From Eledone cirrhosa (Eukaryota): 64,000 bases of DNA. The stretch is from assembly GCA_964016885.1 (NCBI GenBank), contig OZ024748.1, positions 35,526,001 through 35,590,000 of the forward strand, written 5' to 3'. The notes beneath the pieces were generated by a model. The model saw only the letters and a list, made by a program, of their open reading frames with translations. It was not told where the DNA came from and searched no databases. The translations under genes and the position numbers were made by a program. Of the stretch, positions 1 to 14,132 are shown piece after piece; position 1 is the stretch's first letter; every line of letters begins with the position of its first letter.

Positions 1-3000
1 ACCTGACCTCCAAGTGTATATATCTGACCTCCAGGTGGTCAACTCTGACCTCCAAGTGTCCATACCTGACCTCCAAATGTATATATCTGACATCCAGGTA
101 GTCAACTCTGACCTCCAAGTGTCCACACCTGACCTCCAAGTGTCTATATCTAACCTCCAGGTGGTCAAATTTGACCTCCAAGTGTCCATACCTGACCTCC
201 AAATGTCCATATCTGACCTCCAGCTGGTCAACTCTGACATCCAAGTGTCCATACCTGACTTGCAATGTCGATATCTGACCTCCAGGTGGTCAACTCTGAC
301 CTCCAAGTGTCCATACCTGACCTCCTAGTGTCCATATCTGACCTCCAGGTGGTCAACTCTGACCTCCAAGTGTCCATTCCCGACCTACAAGTGTCTATAT
401 CTGACCTCCAGGTAGTCAATTCTGACCTCCAAGTGTAAATACCTGACCTCAAGTGTCCATATCTGACCTCCACGTGGTCAACTCTGACCTCCAAGTGTCC
501 ATACCTGACCTCCAAGTGTATATATCTGACCTCCAGGTGGTCAATTCTGACCTCCAAGTGTCCATACCTGACCTCCAAGTGTATATATATGACCTCCAGG
601 TGGTCAACTCTGACCTCCAAGTGTCCATAACTGATCTCCGAGTGTCTATATCTAACCTACACGTGATCTTCTCTGAACTCCAAGTGTCCATACCTTACCT
701 CCAAGTGCCTATACCTGACCTCCAAGTCTATATATCTGACCTCCAGGTGGTCAACTCTGACCTCCAAGTGTCCATACCAGACCTCCAAGTGTATATATCT
801 GACTTCCAGGTAGTCAATTCTGAACTCCAAGTGACCATAACTGACCTCCAAGTGTTTATATCTGACCTCCAGGGGGTCAACTCTAACCTCCAAGTGTCCA
901 TACTATGAACTCCAAGTGTATATATCTGACCTCCAGGTGGCCACCTCTGACCTCCAAGTGTCCATACCTGACCTCCAAGTATATATATCTGACCTCCAGG
1001 TTGTCAACTATGACCTCAAATTGTCCACACCTGACGTCCAGATGGTCAAATTTGACCTCCAAGTTTCCATACCTGACCTCCAAATGTCCATATCTGACCT
1101 CCGGCTGGTCAACTCTGACCTCCAAGTGTCAATACCTGACTTGCAATATCGATATCTGACCTCTGGGTGGTCAACTCTGACCTCCAAGTGTCCATACCTG
1201 ACATCCAAGCGTATATATCTGACCTGCAGGTGGTCAACTCTGACCTCCAAGTGTCCGTACCTGACCTCCAAGTGTCCATACCTGACCTCCAAGTCTATAT
1301 ATCTAACCTCCAGGTCGTCAAATCTGACCTCCAAGTGTCCATACTATGAACTCCAAGTGTATAAATCTGACCTCCAGGTGGTCACCTCTGACCTCCAAGT
1401 GTCCATACCTGACCTCCAAGTGTACATATCTGACCTCCAGGTAGTCAACTATGACCTCCAAGTGTACACACCTGAACTCCAAGTGTCTATATCTGATCTC
1501 CAGGTGGTCAACTCTGACCTCCAAGTTTCCATACCTGACCTCCAATTGTCTATAACTGACGTCCAGATGGTCAAATTTGACCTCCAAGTTTCCATAATTG
1601 ACCTCCAAATGTCCATATCTGACGTCCAGCTGGTCAACTCTGACCTCCAAGTGTCAATACCTGACTTGCAATATCGATATCTGACCTCCAGGTGGTCAAC
1701 TCTGACCTCCAAGTGTAAATACCTGACCTCAAGTGTCCATATCTGACCTCCAGGTGGTCAACTCTGACCTCCAAGTGTCCATACCTGACCTCCAAGTGTC
1801 CATACCTGACCTCCAAGTCTATATATCTGACCTCCAGGTGGTCAAATCTGACCTCCAAGTGTCCATACTATGAACTCCAAGTGTGTAAATCTGACCTCCA
1901 GATGGTCACCTCTGACCTACAAGTGTCCATACCTGACCTCCAAGTGTATATATCTGACCTCCAGGTGGTCAATTTGACCTCCAATTGTCCACACCTGACA
2001 TCCAAATGTCAATAGCTGACCTCCAAGTGGTCAACTCTGACCTCTAACTGTCCATATATAACCTCCATGTGGTCAACTCTGACCTCCAATTGTCCATACC
2101 TGAACTCCAAGTGTATATATCTGAACTCCAAGTGTAAATATCTGACCTCCAATTGTCCACACGTGTCCTCCCATGTCTATATCTTAACTCCAGGTGGTCA
2201 ACTCTGACCTCCAAGTGTCCATACCTGACCTCCAGATGCATATATCTGACCTCCAAGTGGTCAACTCTGACCTCCAGGTGGTCAATTCTGACCTCTAAGT
2301 GTCCATACCTGACCTCCAATATCGATATCTGACCTCCAGGTGGTCAATTCTGACCTCCAAGTGTCCATAGCTGACCTCCAAGTGTCCAAATCTGACATCC
2401 AGGTGATCAGCTCTGACCCCGAAGAGTCCATATCTGACCTCCAAGTGTATATATCTGATCTCCAAGTGTCCATACCTGACCTTCAAGTGTATATATCTGA
2501 CCTCAAGTGTCCATATCTGACCTCCACGTGTCTATATCTGACCTCCAAGTGTCGATATCTGACCTCCAGGTAGTCAACTCTGACCTCCAAGTGTCCATAT
2601 CTGACCTACAAATGTCTATATCTGACCTCCAGGTAGTCAACTCTGACCTACAAGTGTCCATATCTGACCTCCAAGTGTCCATACCTGACCTCCAATATCG
2701 ATATCTGACCTCCAGGTGGTAAATTCTGACCTCCAAGTCTCCATAGCTGACCTCCAAGTGTCCAAATCTGACATCCAGGTGGTCAGTTCTGACCTCGAAG
2801 AGTCCATATCTGACCTCCAAGTGTATATATCTGACCTCCAAGTGTCCATACCTGACTTTCAAATGTATATATCTAACCTCCTGGTGGTCAACTATGACCT
2901 CCAAGTGTCCACACCTGACTTCCAGGTGTCTATATCTGACCTCAACGTGGTCAACTCTGACATCCAAGTTTACATACTTGACCTCCAAGTGTATATATAT

Positions 3001-6000
3001 GACATCCAGGTGGTCAACTCTGACCTCCAGGTGACCATACCTGACCTGCAAGTGTATATATCTGAGCTCCAGTTGGTCAACTCTGACCTCCAGGTGTCCA
3101 TACCTGACCTCCAAGTGTATACATATGACCTCAAGATGGTCAACTCTGACCTTCAAGTGTCCATACCTGACCTCCAATGTATATATCTGACCTCCAGGTG
3201 GTGAACTCTGACCTCCAAGTGTCTATAACTGACATCCAAGTGTTTATATCTGACCTCCAGGTGGTCAACTCTGACCACCAAGTGTCAATATCTGACCCCC
3301 AAGTCTATATATATGACCTCCAGGTAGTCAACTCTGACCACCAAGTGTCCATATCTGACCTACAAATGTCTATATCTGACCTCCAGGTAGTCAACTCTGA
3401 CCTCCAGGTGTCCATACCTGACCTCCAAGTGTATACATATGACCTCAAGATGGTCAACTCTGACCTCCAAGTGTCCACACCTGACCTCCAGGTGTCGATA
3501 TCTGACCTCCACGTGGTCAACTCTGACCTCCAAGTTTCCATACCTGACCTCCAATTGTCTATAACTGACGTCCAGGTGGTCAAATTTGACCTCCAAGTTT
3601 CCATACCTGACCTCCAAATGTCCATATCTGACCTCCAGCTCGCCAACTCTCACCTCCAAGTGTCCATACCTGACTTGCAATATCGATATCTGACCTCCAG
3701 GTGGTCAGCTCTGACCGCCAAGTGTCCATACTTGACCTTAGATTGTATATATCCGACAATCCAGGTGGTCAACTCTGACCTCCAGGTGCCCATACCTGAC
3801 CTCCAAGTGTATATATATGACCTCAAGGTGGTTAAATCTGACATTCAAGTGTCCATACCTGACCTCCAAAATCTATATCTGACTTCAGGTGGTCAACTCT
3901 GACCTTCAAGTGTCCATACCTTACCTCCAATGTGGATATCTGACCTCCAGGTGGTCAACTCTGACCACCAAGTGTCAATATCTGACCTCCAAGTCTATAT
4001 ATCTGACCTCCAGGTGGTAAAGTCTGACCTCCAAGAGTCCATACCTGACCTCCAAGTGTATATATCTGACCTCCAGGTGGTCAACTTTGACCTGCAAGTG
4101 CCCATACCTGACCTCCAAGTATATATATCTGACATCCAGGTGGTGAACACTGACCTCCAAGTTACCATACCTGACTTCCAAGTGTCTGTATCTGACCTCC
4201 AGGTAGTCAACTCTGACCTACAAGTGTCCATATCTGACCTCCAAGTGTCCATACCTGACCTCCAATATCGATATCTGACCTCCAGGTGGTAAATTCTGAC
4301 CTCCAAGTCTCCATAGCTGACCTCCAAGTGTCCAAATCTGACATCCAGGTGGTCAGTTCTGACCTCGAAGAGTCCATATCTGACCTCCAAGTGTATATAT
4401 CTGACCTCCAAGTGTCCATACCTGACTTTCAAATGTATATATCTGACCTCCTGGTGGTCAACTATGACCTCCAAGTGTCCATACCTGACCTCCAGGTGTC
4501 TATATCTGACCTCAACGTGGTCAACTCTGACATCCAAGTTTACATACTTGACCTCCAAGTGTATATATATGACATCCAGGTGGTCAACTCTGACCTCCAG
4601 GTGACCATACCTGACCTGCAAGTGTATATATCTGAGCTCCAGTTGGTCAACTCTGACCTCCAGGTGTCCATACCTGACCTCCAAGTGTATACATATGACC
4701 TCAAGATGGTCAACTCTGACCTTCAAGTGTCCATACCTGACCTCCAATGTATATATCTGACCTCCAGGTGGTGAACTCTGACCTCCAAGTGTCTATAACT
4801 GACATCCAAGTGTTTATATCTGACCTCCAGGTGGTCAACTCTGACCACCAAGTGTCAATATCTGACCCCCAAGTCTATATATATGACCTCCAGGTAGTCA
4901 ACTCTGACCACCAAGTGTCCATATCTGACCTACAAATGTCTATATCTGACCTCCAGGTAGTCAACTCTGACCTCCAGGTGTCCATACCTGACCTCCAAGT
5001 GTATACATATGACCTCAAGATGGTCAACTCTGACCTCCAAGTGTCCACACCTGACCTCCAGGTGTCGATATCTGACCTCCACGTGGTCAACTCTGACCTC
5101 CAAGTTTCCATACCTGACCTCCAATTGTCTATAACTGACGTCCAGGTGGTCAAATTTGACCTCCAAGTTTCCATACCTGACCTCCAAATGTCCATATCTG
5201 ACCTCCAGCTCGCCAACTCTCACCTCCAAGTGTCCATACCTGACTTGCAATATCGATATCTGACCTCCAGGTGGTCAACTCTGACCGCCAAGTGTCCATA
5301 CTTGACCTTAGATTGTATATATCTGACAATCCAGGTGGTCAACTCTGACCTCCAGGTGCCCATACCTGACCTCCAAGTGTATATATATGACCTCAAGGTG
5401 GTTAAATCTGACATTCAAGTGTCCATACCTGACCTCCAAAATCTATATCTGACTTCAGGTGGTCAACTCTGACCACCAAGTGTCAATATCTGACCTCCAA
5501 GTCTATATATCTGACCTCCAGGTGGTAAAGTCTGACCTCCAAGAGTCCATACCTGACCTCCAAGTGTATATATCTGACCTCCAGGTGGCCAACTTTGACC
5601 TGCAAGTGCCCATACCTGACCTCCAAGTATATATATCTGACATCCAGGTGGTGAACTCTGACCTCCAAGTTACCATACCTGACTTCCAAGTGTCTGTATC
5701 TGACCTCCAGGTAGTCAACTCTGACCTCCAAGTGTCCATACCTGACCTCCAAGTGTATATATCTGCACTCCAGGTGGTCAACTCTGACATCCAAGTGTCC
5801 ATATCTGACCTCCACGTGTCTATAGCTGTTCTCCAGGTAGTCAACTCTCACATCCAAGTGTCCATATCTGACCTCCAAGTGTCTATAGCTGTTCTCCAGG
5901 TAGTCAACTCTGACCTCCAAGTGTCCATATCTGATCTCCAAGTGTCTATATCTGACATCCAGGTGATCAACTGTGACCTGCAAGTGTCCATACCTGACCT

Positions 6001-9000
6001 CCAAGTGTCTATATCTGACCTCCAGGTAGTCAAATCTTACCTCCAAGTGTCTATATCTGACCTCCAAATGTATATATCTGACCAACAAGTATTCAACTCT
6101 GACCTCCAAGTGTCCATACCTGACCTCCAAGTGTCCATACCTGACCTCCAAGTGTCCATACTTGACCTCCAAGTGTATATATCTGATCTGCAGGTGGTCA
6201 ACTCTGACCTGCAAGTGTCCATACCTGACTTCCAAGTGTCTATATCTGACCACCAGGTAGTCAACTCTGACCTCAAAGTGTCTATATCTGACCTCCAGGT
6301 GATCAATTCTTCTGACCTCCAAGTGTCCATACTTCAAATCCAATGTATATATCTGACCTCCTGGTAGTCACACTGACCTGCAAATGTCCATATCTGACCT
6401 CCAAATGTCTATATCTGACCTCCAGGTAGTCATCTCTTACCTCCATGTGTCCATATCTGACCTCCAAGTGTCTATATCTGACCTCCAGGTGGTCAACTCT
6501 GACCTCCAAGTGTCCATATCTGACCTCTAAATGTCTATATCTGACCTCCAGGTAGTCAACTCTGACCTCCAAGTGTCCATATCTGACCTTCAAGTGTCTA
6601 TATCTGACCTCCAGGTAGTCAACTCTGACATCCAAGTGTCCATACCTGACCTCCAAATGTCTATAGCTGACCTCCAGGTAGTCAGCTCTGACCTCCAAGT
6701 GTCCATACCTCAAATCCAAGTGTATATATCGGACCACCAGGTAGTCAACTCTGACCTCCATGTGTCCATATCTGACCTCAAAATGTCTATATCTGACATC
6801 CAGGTAGTCAACTCAGACCTCCAAGTGTCCATATCTGACCTCCAAGTGTCTATATCTGACCTTCAGGTAGTCAACTCTGACCTCCAAGAGTCCATATCTG
6901 ACGTCCAAATGTCTATATCTGACCTTCAGGTAGTCAACTCTGACCTCCAAGTGTCCATATCTGACCTCCAAATGTCTATATCTGACCTCCAGGTAGTCAA
7001 CTCTTACCTCCAAGTGTCCATATCTAATCTCCAAATGTCCATATCTGACCTACAGGTAGTCAACTCTGACCTCCAAGTGTCCATATCTGACCTCCAGGTA
7101 GTCAACTCTGACCTCCAAGTGTCTATATCTGACCTCCAGGTAATCAACTCTGACCTCCAAGTGTCTATATCTGACATCCAAATGTTTATATCTGACCTCC
7201 AGGTAGCCAATTCTGACGTCCAAGTGTCCATATCTGACCTCCAAGTGTCTATATCTGACCTCCAAGTGTCCATACCTGACCACCAATTGTCCATAGCTGA
7301 CCTCCAGGCGGTCAACTCTGACCTCCAAGTGTCCATACCTGACCTCCAAGTTTCTATATCTGACGTCCAGGTGGTCAACTCTGACCTCCAAATGTCCATG
7401 CCTGACATCCAAGTGTCAACAGCTGACCTCCAGGTGGTCAACTTTGACATCCAAGTGTCCATACCCGACCTCCAGTTGGTCAAGTCTGACCTCTAACTGT
7501 CCATATCTAACCTCCATGTGGTCAACTCTGACCTCCAATTGTCCATACCTGAACTCCAAGTGTATATATCTGATCTGCAGGTGGTCAACTCTGACCTCCA
7601 ATTGTCCACACGTGACCTCCCTGTGTCTATATCTGAACTCCAGGTGGTCAACTCTGACCTCCAAGTGTCCATACCTGACCTCCAGATGCATATATCTGAC
7701 CTCCAAATGGTCAACTCTGACCTCCAGGTGGTCAATTCAGACCTCCAAGTATCCATACCTGACCTGCAAGTGTCCAAATCTGACCTCCAGGTGGTCAGCT
7801 TTGACCTCGAAGAGTCCATATCTGAACTCCAAGTGTACATATCTGACCTCAAGGTGGTCAACTCTGACCTCCAAGTGTCCATACCTGACATCTAATGTCT
7901 ATATCTGACCTCGAAGAGTCCATACCTGACCTCCAAGTGTATATATCTGACCTCCAGGTAGTCCACTCTGACCTCCAAGTGTCCATATCTGACCTTCACG
8001 TGTCAATATCTGACCTCCAGGTAGTCAACTCTGATCTCCAAGTTTTTATAACTGACCTCCAAGTATCCATACCTGATCTGGAAGTGTACATATCTGACTT
8101 CCAGGTGGTGAACTCTGACCTCCAAGTGTCCATACCTGACATCCAAATGTCAATAGCTGACCTCCAGGTGGTCAACTCTGACCTCCAAGTGTCCATACCT
8201 GACTTCCAGTTGGTCAACTATGACCTCCAAGTGTCCACACCTGACCTCCAAGTGTCTACATCTTACCTCCAGGTGGTCAACTCTGACCTCCAAGTTTCCA
8301 TACCTCACCTCCAATTGTCTATAACTGACGTCAAGGTGGTCAAATCTGACCTCCAACTTTCCATACCTGACCTCCAAATGTCCATATCTGACCTCCAGCT
8401 GGTCAACTCTGACTTCCAAGTGTCCATACCTGACTTGCAATATCGATATCTGACCTTCAGGTGGTCAACTCTGACCTCCAAGTGTAAATACCTGACCTCA
8501 AGTGTCCATATCTGACCTCCAGGTGGTCAACTCTGACCTCCAAGTGTCCATACTTGACCTCCAAGTGTATATATATGACATCCAGGTGGTCAACTCTGAC
8601 CTCCAGGTGACCATACCTGACCTGCAAGTGTATATATCTGACCTCCAGGTGGTCAAATCTGACCTCCAGGTGTCCATACCTGACCTCCAAGTGTATACAT
8701 ATGACCTCAAGGTGGTCAACTCTGACCTTCAAGTGTCCATACATGACCTCCAATGTCTATATCTGACCTCCAGGTGGTGAATTCTGACCTCCAAGTGTCT
8801 ATAACTGACCTCCAAGTATCTATATCTGACCTCCAGGTGTTTAACTCTGACCTCCAAGTGTCCATATCTGACCTCCAAATGTCTATATCTGTCCCCCAGG
8901 TAGTCAACTCTGACCTCCAAGTGTCCATATCTGACCTCCAAGTGTCCATATTTGACCACCAGGTGGTAAAATCTGACCTCCAAGTGTCCATACCTGACCT

Positions 9001-12000
9001 CCAAATGTTCATATGTGACATCCAGCTGGTCAACTCTGACCTCCAAGTGTCTATACCTGACCTCCAATATCGATATCTGACCTCCAGGTGGTGAATTCTG
9101 ACATCCAAGTGTCATACCTGACCTCCAAGTGTCCATATCTGACCTACAAGTGTCTATATCTGACCTCCAGGTAGTCAACTCTAACCTCCAAGTGTCCATA
9201 TCTGACCTCCAATTGTCCATAGCTGACCTCCAGGCGGTCAACTCTGACTTCCAAGTGTCCATACCTGACCTCCAAGTGTCTGTATCTGACCTCCAGTTGG
9301 TCAACTCTGACCTCCAAGTGTCCATAGCTGATCTGCATGTGTACATATCTGACTTCCAGGTAGTCAACTCTGACCTTCAAGTGTCTATAACTGACCTCCA
9401 GGTAGTCAACTCTGACCTCTTCATACCTGACCTCCAAGTGTCCATACTTGACCTCCAATTCTATAAATCTGACCTCCAGGTAGTCAGCTCTGACCTCCAA
9501 GTGTCCATACCTGACCTCCAAGTGTCCATATCTGACCTCCAGGTAATCAACTCTGACCTTCAAGTGTCTATAACTGACCTCCAGGTAGTCAACTCTGACC
9601 TCCAAGTGTCCATATCTGACCTTCAAGTGTCTATATCTGACCACCAAGTGTCCATACCTGATCTCCAATTGTCCATAGCTGACCTCCAGGCGGTCAACTC
9701 TGACCTCCAAGTGTCCACACGTGTCCTCCCAGTGTTTATATCTGACCTCCAGGTGGTCAACTATGACCTCCAAGTGTCTATACCTGACCTCTAGATGCAT
9801 ATATCTGACCTCCAGGTGGTCAACTATGACCTCCAAGTGTCCATACCTGACCTCCAATTGTCCATATCTGACCTCCAGGTGGTCAAATCTGACCTCCAAG
9901 TGTCCACACCTGACCTCCAAATGTCCATATGTGACCTCCAGCTGGTCAACTCTGATCTCCAAGTGTCTATACCTGACCTCCAATATCGATATCTGACATC
10001 CAGGTGGTCAATTCTGACCTCCAAGTGTCCATACGTGACCTCCAAGTGTCCATATCTGTCCATACAAGTGTCTATATCTGACGTCCAGGTTGTCAAATCT
10101 GACCTCCAAGTGTCTATATCTGACCTCCAGGTAGTCAACCTTGACCTCCAAGTGTCCATATCTGACCTTCAAGTGTCTATGTCTGACCTCCAATTGTCCA
10201 TAGCTGACATCCAGCCGGTCAACTCTGACCTCCAAGTGTCCATACCTGACCTCCAAGAGTCTATATCTGATCTCCAGGTGGTCAACTCTGACCGCCAAGT
10301 GTCCATACCTGATCTGCAAGTGTACATATCTGACCTCCAGGTGGTCAAATCTGACCTCCAAGTGTCCATAACTGACATCCAAATGTCAATAGCTGACCTC
10401 CAAGTGTCTATAACTGACCTCCAGGTGGTCAAATCTGACCTCCAAGTGTCCATACCTGACCTCCAAATGTCCATATGTGACATCCAGCTGGTCAACTCTG
10501 ACCTCCAAATGTCCATACCTGACATCCAATATCGTTACCTGACCTCCAGGTGGTCAATTCTGACCTCCAAGTGTCCATACGTGACCTCCAAGTATCCAAA
10601 TCTGACATCCAGGTGGTCAGTTCTGACCTCGAAGATTCCATACCTGACCTCCAAGTGTATATATCTGACCTCAAGGTGGTCAACTCTGACCTCCAAGCGT
10701 CCATACCTAACATCCAATGTCTATATCTGACCTCCAGGTAATCAGCTCTGACCTCGAAGAATCCATACCTGACCTCCAAGTGTCCATACCTGACCTCCAA
10801 GTCTATATATCTGACCTCCTGGTGGTCAATTCTGAACTCTAAGTGTCCATATCTGACCTACAAATGTCTATATCTGACCTCCAGGTAGTCAACTCTGACC
10901 TCCAAGTGTCCATATCTGACTTTCAAGTGTCTATATCTGACCTCCAGGTAGTCAACTCTGACATCCAAGTGTCCAGATCTGACCTCCAAATGTCTATATC
11001 TGACCTCCAGGTAGTCAACTCTGAACTCCAAGTGTCCATATCTGACATTCAAGTGTCTATATCTGACCTCCAGGTAGTCAACTCTGACATCCAAGTGTCC
11101 ATATCTGACCTCCAAATGTCTATATCTTACCTCCAGGTAGTCAACTCTGACCTCCAAGTGTCCATATCTCACCTCCGAATGTCCATATCTGACCTACAGG
11201 TACTCAACTCTGACCTCCAAGTGTCCATATCTGACCGCCACGTGTCCATATCTGACCTCCAGGTAATCAACTCTGACCTTCAAGTGTCTATAACTGACCT
11301 CCAGGTAGTCAACTCTGACCTCCAAGTGTCCATATCTGACCTTCAAGTGTCTATATCTGACCTCCAAGTGTCCATACCTGACCTCCAATTGTCCATAGCT
11401 GAACTCCAGGCGGTCAACTCTGACTTTCAAGTGTCCATACCTGCCTCCAAGTGTCTATATTTGACGTCCAGGTGGTCAACTCTGACCTCCAAATGTCCAT
11501 ACCTGACATCCAAGTGTCAAAAGCTGTCCTCCAGGTGGACAACTCTGACCTCCAAGTGTCCATACCTGACCTCCAGTTGGTCAAGTCTGACCACTAACTG
11601 TCCATATCTGACCTCCAAGTGTATATATCTGATCTCCATGTGGTCAACTCTGACCTCCAATTGTCCATACCTGAACTCCAACTGTATATATCTGATCTGC
11701 AGGTGGTCAACTCTGACCTCCAAGTGTCCATATCTGACCTCCAATTGTCCATAGCTGACTTCCAGGCGGTCAACTCTGACCTCCAAGTGTCCATACCTGA
11801 CCTCCAAGAATCTATATCTGACCTCCAGGTCGTCAACTCTGACCTCCAAGTGTCCATACCTGATCTGCAAGTGTACATATCTGACCTCCAGGTGCTCAAC
11901 TCTGACCTCCAAGTGTCCATACCTGACATCCACATGTCAATAGCTGACCTCCAGGTGGTCAACTCTGACCTCCAAGTGTCCATACCTGACTTCCAGTTGG

Positions 12001-14132
12001 TCAACTCTGACCTCCAAGTGTTCATAGCTGACCTCCAAGTGTCTATAACTGACCTCCAGGTGGTCAAATCTAACCTCCAAGTGTCCATACCTGACCTCTA
12101 AATGTCCATATGTGACATCCAGCTGGTCGACTCTGACCTCCATACCTGACATCCAATATCGTTATCTGACCTCCAGATGGTCAATTCTCACCTCCAAGTG
12201 TCCATACGAGGACCTCCAATGTCTATATCTGACCCCAGGTAGTCAGCTCTGACCTCGAAGAGTCCATACCTGACCTCCAAGTGTCTATATCTGACCTCCT
12301 GGTGGTCAACTCTCACCGCCAAGTGTCCATATCTGACCTTCAATTGTCTATATCTGACCTCCAGGTAGTCAACTCTGACCTCCAAGTGTCCATATCTGAC
12401 CTACAAATGTCTATATCTGACCTCCAGGTAGTCAACTCTGACCTCCAAGTGTCCATATCTGACCTCCAAATGTCTATATCTGACCTGCAGGTAGTCAACT
12501 CTGACCTCCAAGTGTCCATATCTCTCCTCCAAATGTCTATATCTCACCTCCAAGTGTCCATACCTGACGTCCAATTGTCCATAGCTGACCTCCAAGTGTC
12601 CATACCTGACCTCCAAGTGTCTATATCTGACCTCCAGTTGGTCAACTCTGACCTCCAAGTGTCCATACCTTAATTCCCAGTGTCTATATCTGACCTCCAG
12701 GTGGTCAACTCTGACCCCCAATTATCCATACCTGACCTCCAGGTGTCCATATCTGACCTCCAGGTGGTCAACTCTTAGTTTCCATACCTGACCTCCAATC
12801 TCTATATCTGACCTCCAGGTAGTCTACTCTGACCTCCAAGTGTCCATATCTGACTTTCAAGTGTCTATATCTGACCTCCAGGTGGTCAACTCTGATATCC
12901 AAGTGTCCATATCTGACCTCCAAATGTCTATATCTGACATCCAGGTAGTCAACTCTGACCTCCAAGTGTCCATACATGACCTCCAAGTGTATATATTTGA
13001 CCTCCAGGTGGTCAACACTCACCTCCAAGTGTCCATACCGGACCTCCAAGTGTCTATATCTGATTTCCAGGTGGTCAACTCTAACCTTCAAGTGTCCATA
13101 CATGACCTCCAAGTGTATATATCTGACCTCAAAGTGGTCAACTCTGACCTCCAAGTGTCCATACCTGACATCCAAGTGTATATATCTGACCTCAGGTTGT
13201 CTTCTCTGACCTCCAAGTGTCCATACCTGACCTCCAAGTGTCCATATCTGACCTCCAAATGTCTATATCTGACCTCCTGGTGGTCAACTCTGACCTCCAA
13301 GTGACCATACCTGATCTCCAAGTGTATATATCCGACATCTAGTTGGTCAACTATGACCTCCAAGTGTCCACACCTGACCTCCAAGTGTCTATATCTGACC
13401 TCCAGGTAGTCAACTCTGACCTCCAAGTTTCCATACCTAACCTCCAATGTCTATATCTGACCTCCAGGTAGTCAAATCTGACCTCCAAGTGTCCATACCT
13501 GACCTCCAATATCGATATCTGACCTCCAGGTGGTCAACTCTGACCTCCAGGTTTCCATACCTGACCTCCAAGTGTCCATATCTGACCGCCTGTTGGTCAA
13601 TTCTGATCTCCAAGTGTCCACACCAAACCTCCAAGTGTATATATCTGATCTCCACGTGGTCAGCTCTGACCTCCAAGTGTCCATACCTGACCTCTTAGTT
13701 TCTATATCTGACCTCCAGGTATTCAATTCTGACCTCCAAGTGTCCATATCTGACCTCGAAGTGTCTAAATCTGACTTCCAGGTAATTAACTCTGTACTCG
13801 AAGTGTCCATATCTGACCTCCAAGTGTCTATATATGACCTCCAGGTAGTCAACTCTGGACTCCAAGTGTCCATATCTGACCTCCAAGTGTCTATATCTGA
13901 CCTCCAGGTAGTCAACTCTGACCTCTATGTGTCCATACCTGAACTCTTAGTGTCTATATCTGATCTCCAGGTAGTCAATTCTGACCTCCAACTCTCCATA
14001 TCTGACCTCCAAGTGTCTATATCTGACCTCCAGGTAGTCAACTCTGACCTCTATGTGTCCATACCTGACCTCTTAGTGTCTATAGCTGATCTCCAGGTAG
14101 TAAACTCTGACCTGCAAGTGTCCATATCTGAC
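1..14132. repeat. 21-bp minisatellite array (roughly 670 units) of three related monomers: TCTGACCTCCAGGT(G/A)GTCAAC, TCTGACCTCCAAGTGTCCATA and (C/T)CTGACCTCCAAGTGT(A/C)TATA, mostly as 63-bp trimers or 42-bp dimers; truncated by the window start
   Basis: TGACCTCCA recurs every 21 bp, occasionally 20 bp, from base 1 to the last TCTGAC ending at 14132. The ORF track shows the same heptads (SDLQVVN/SDLQVSI/PDLQVYI) throughout. The unit count is length divided by 21. Confidence 0.98.
2619..5725. repeat. ~1.57-kb tandem duplication inside the 21-bp array (copy 1 ~2619-4188, copy 2 ~4189-5725)
   Basis: Near-identical ORF translations lie 1570 bp apart (2716..3204 vs 4286..4774; 3177..3902 vs 4747..5472). 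Rare variants such as CTCGCCAACTCTCAC and CCTTAGATTGTATA are shared. Copy 2 lacks the 62-bp trimer at 3901-3962. Confidence 0.92.
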
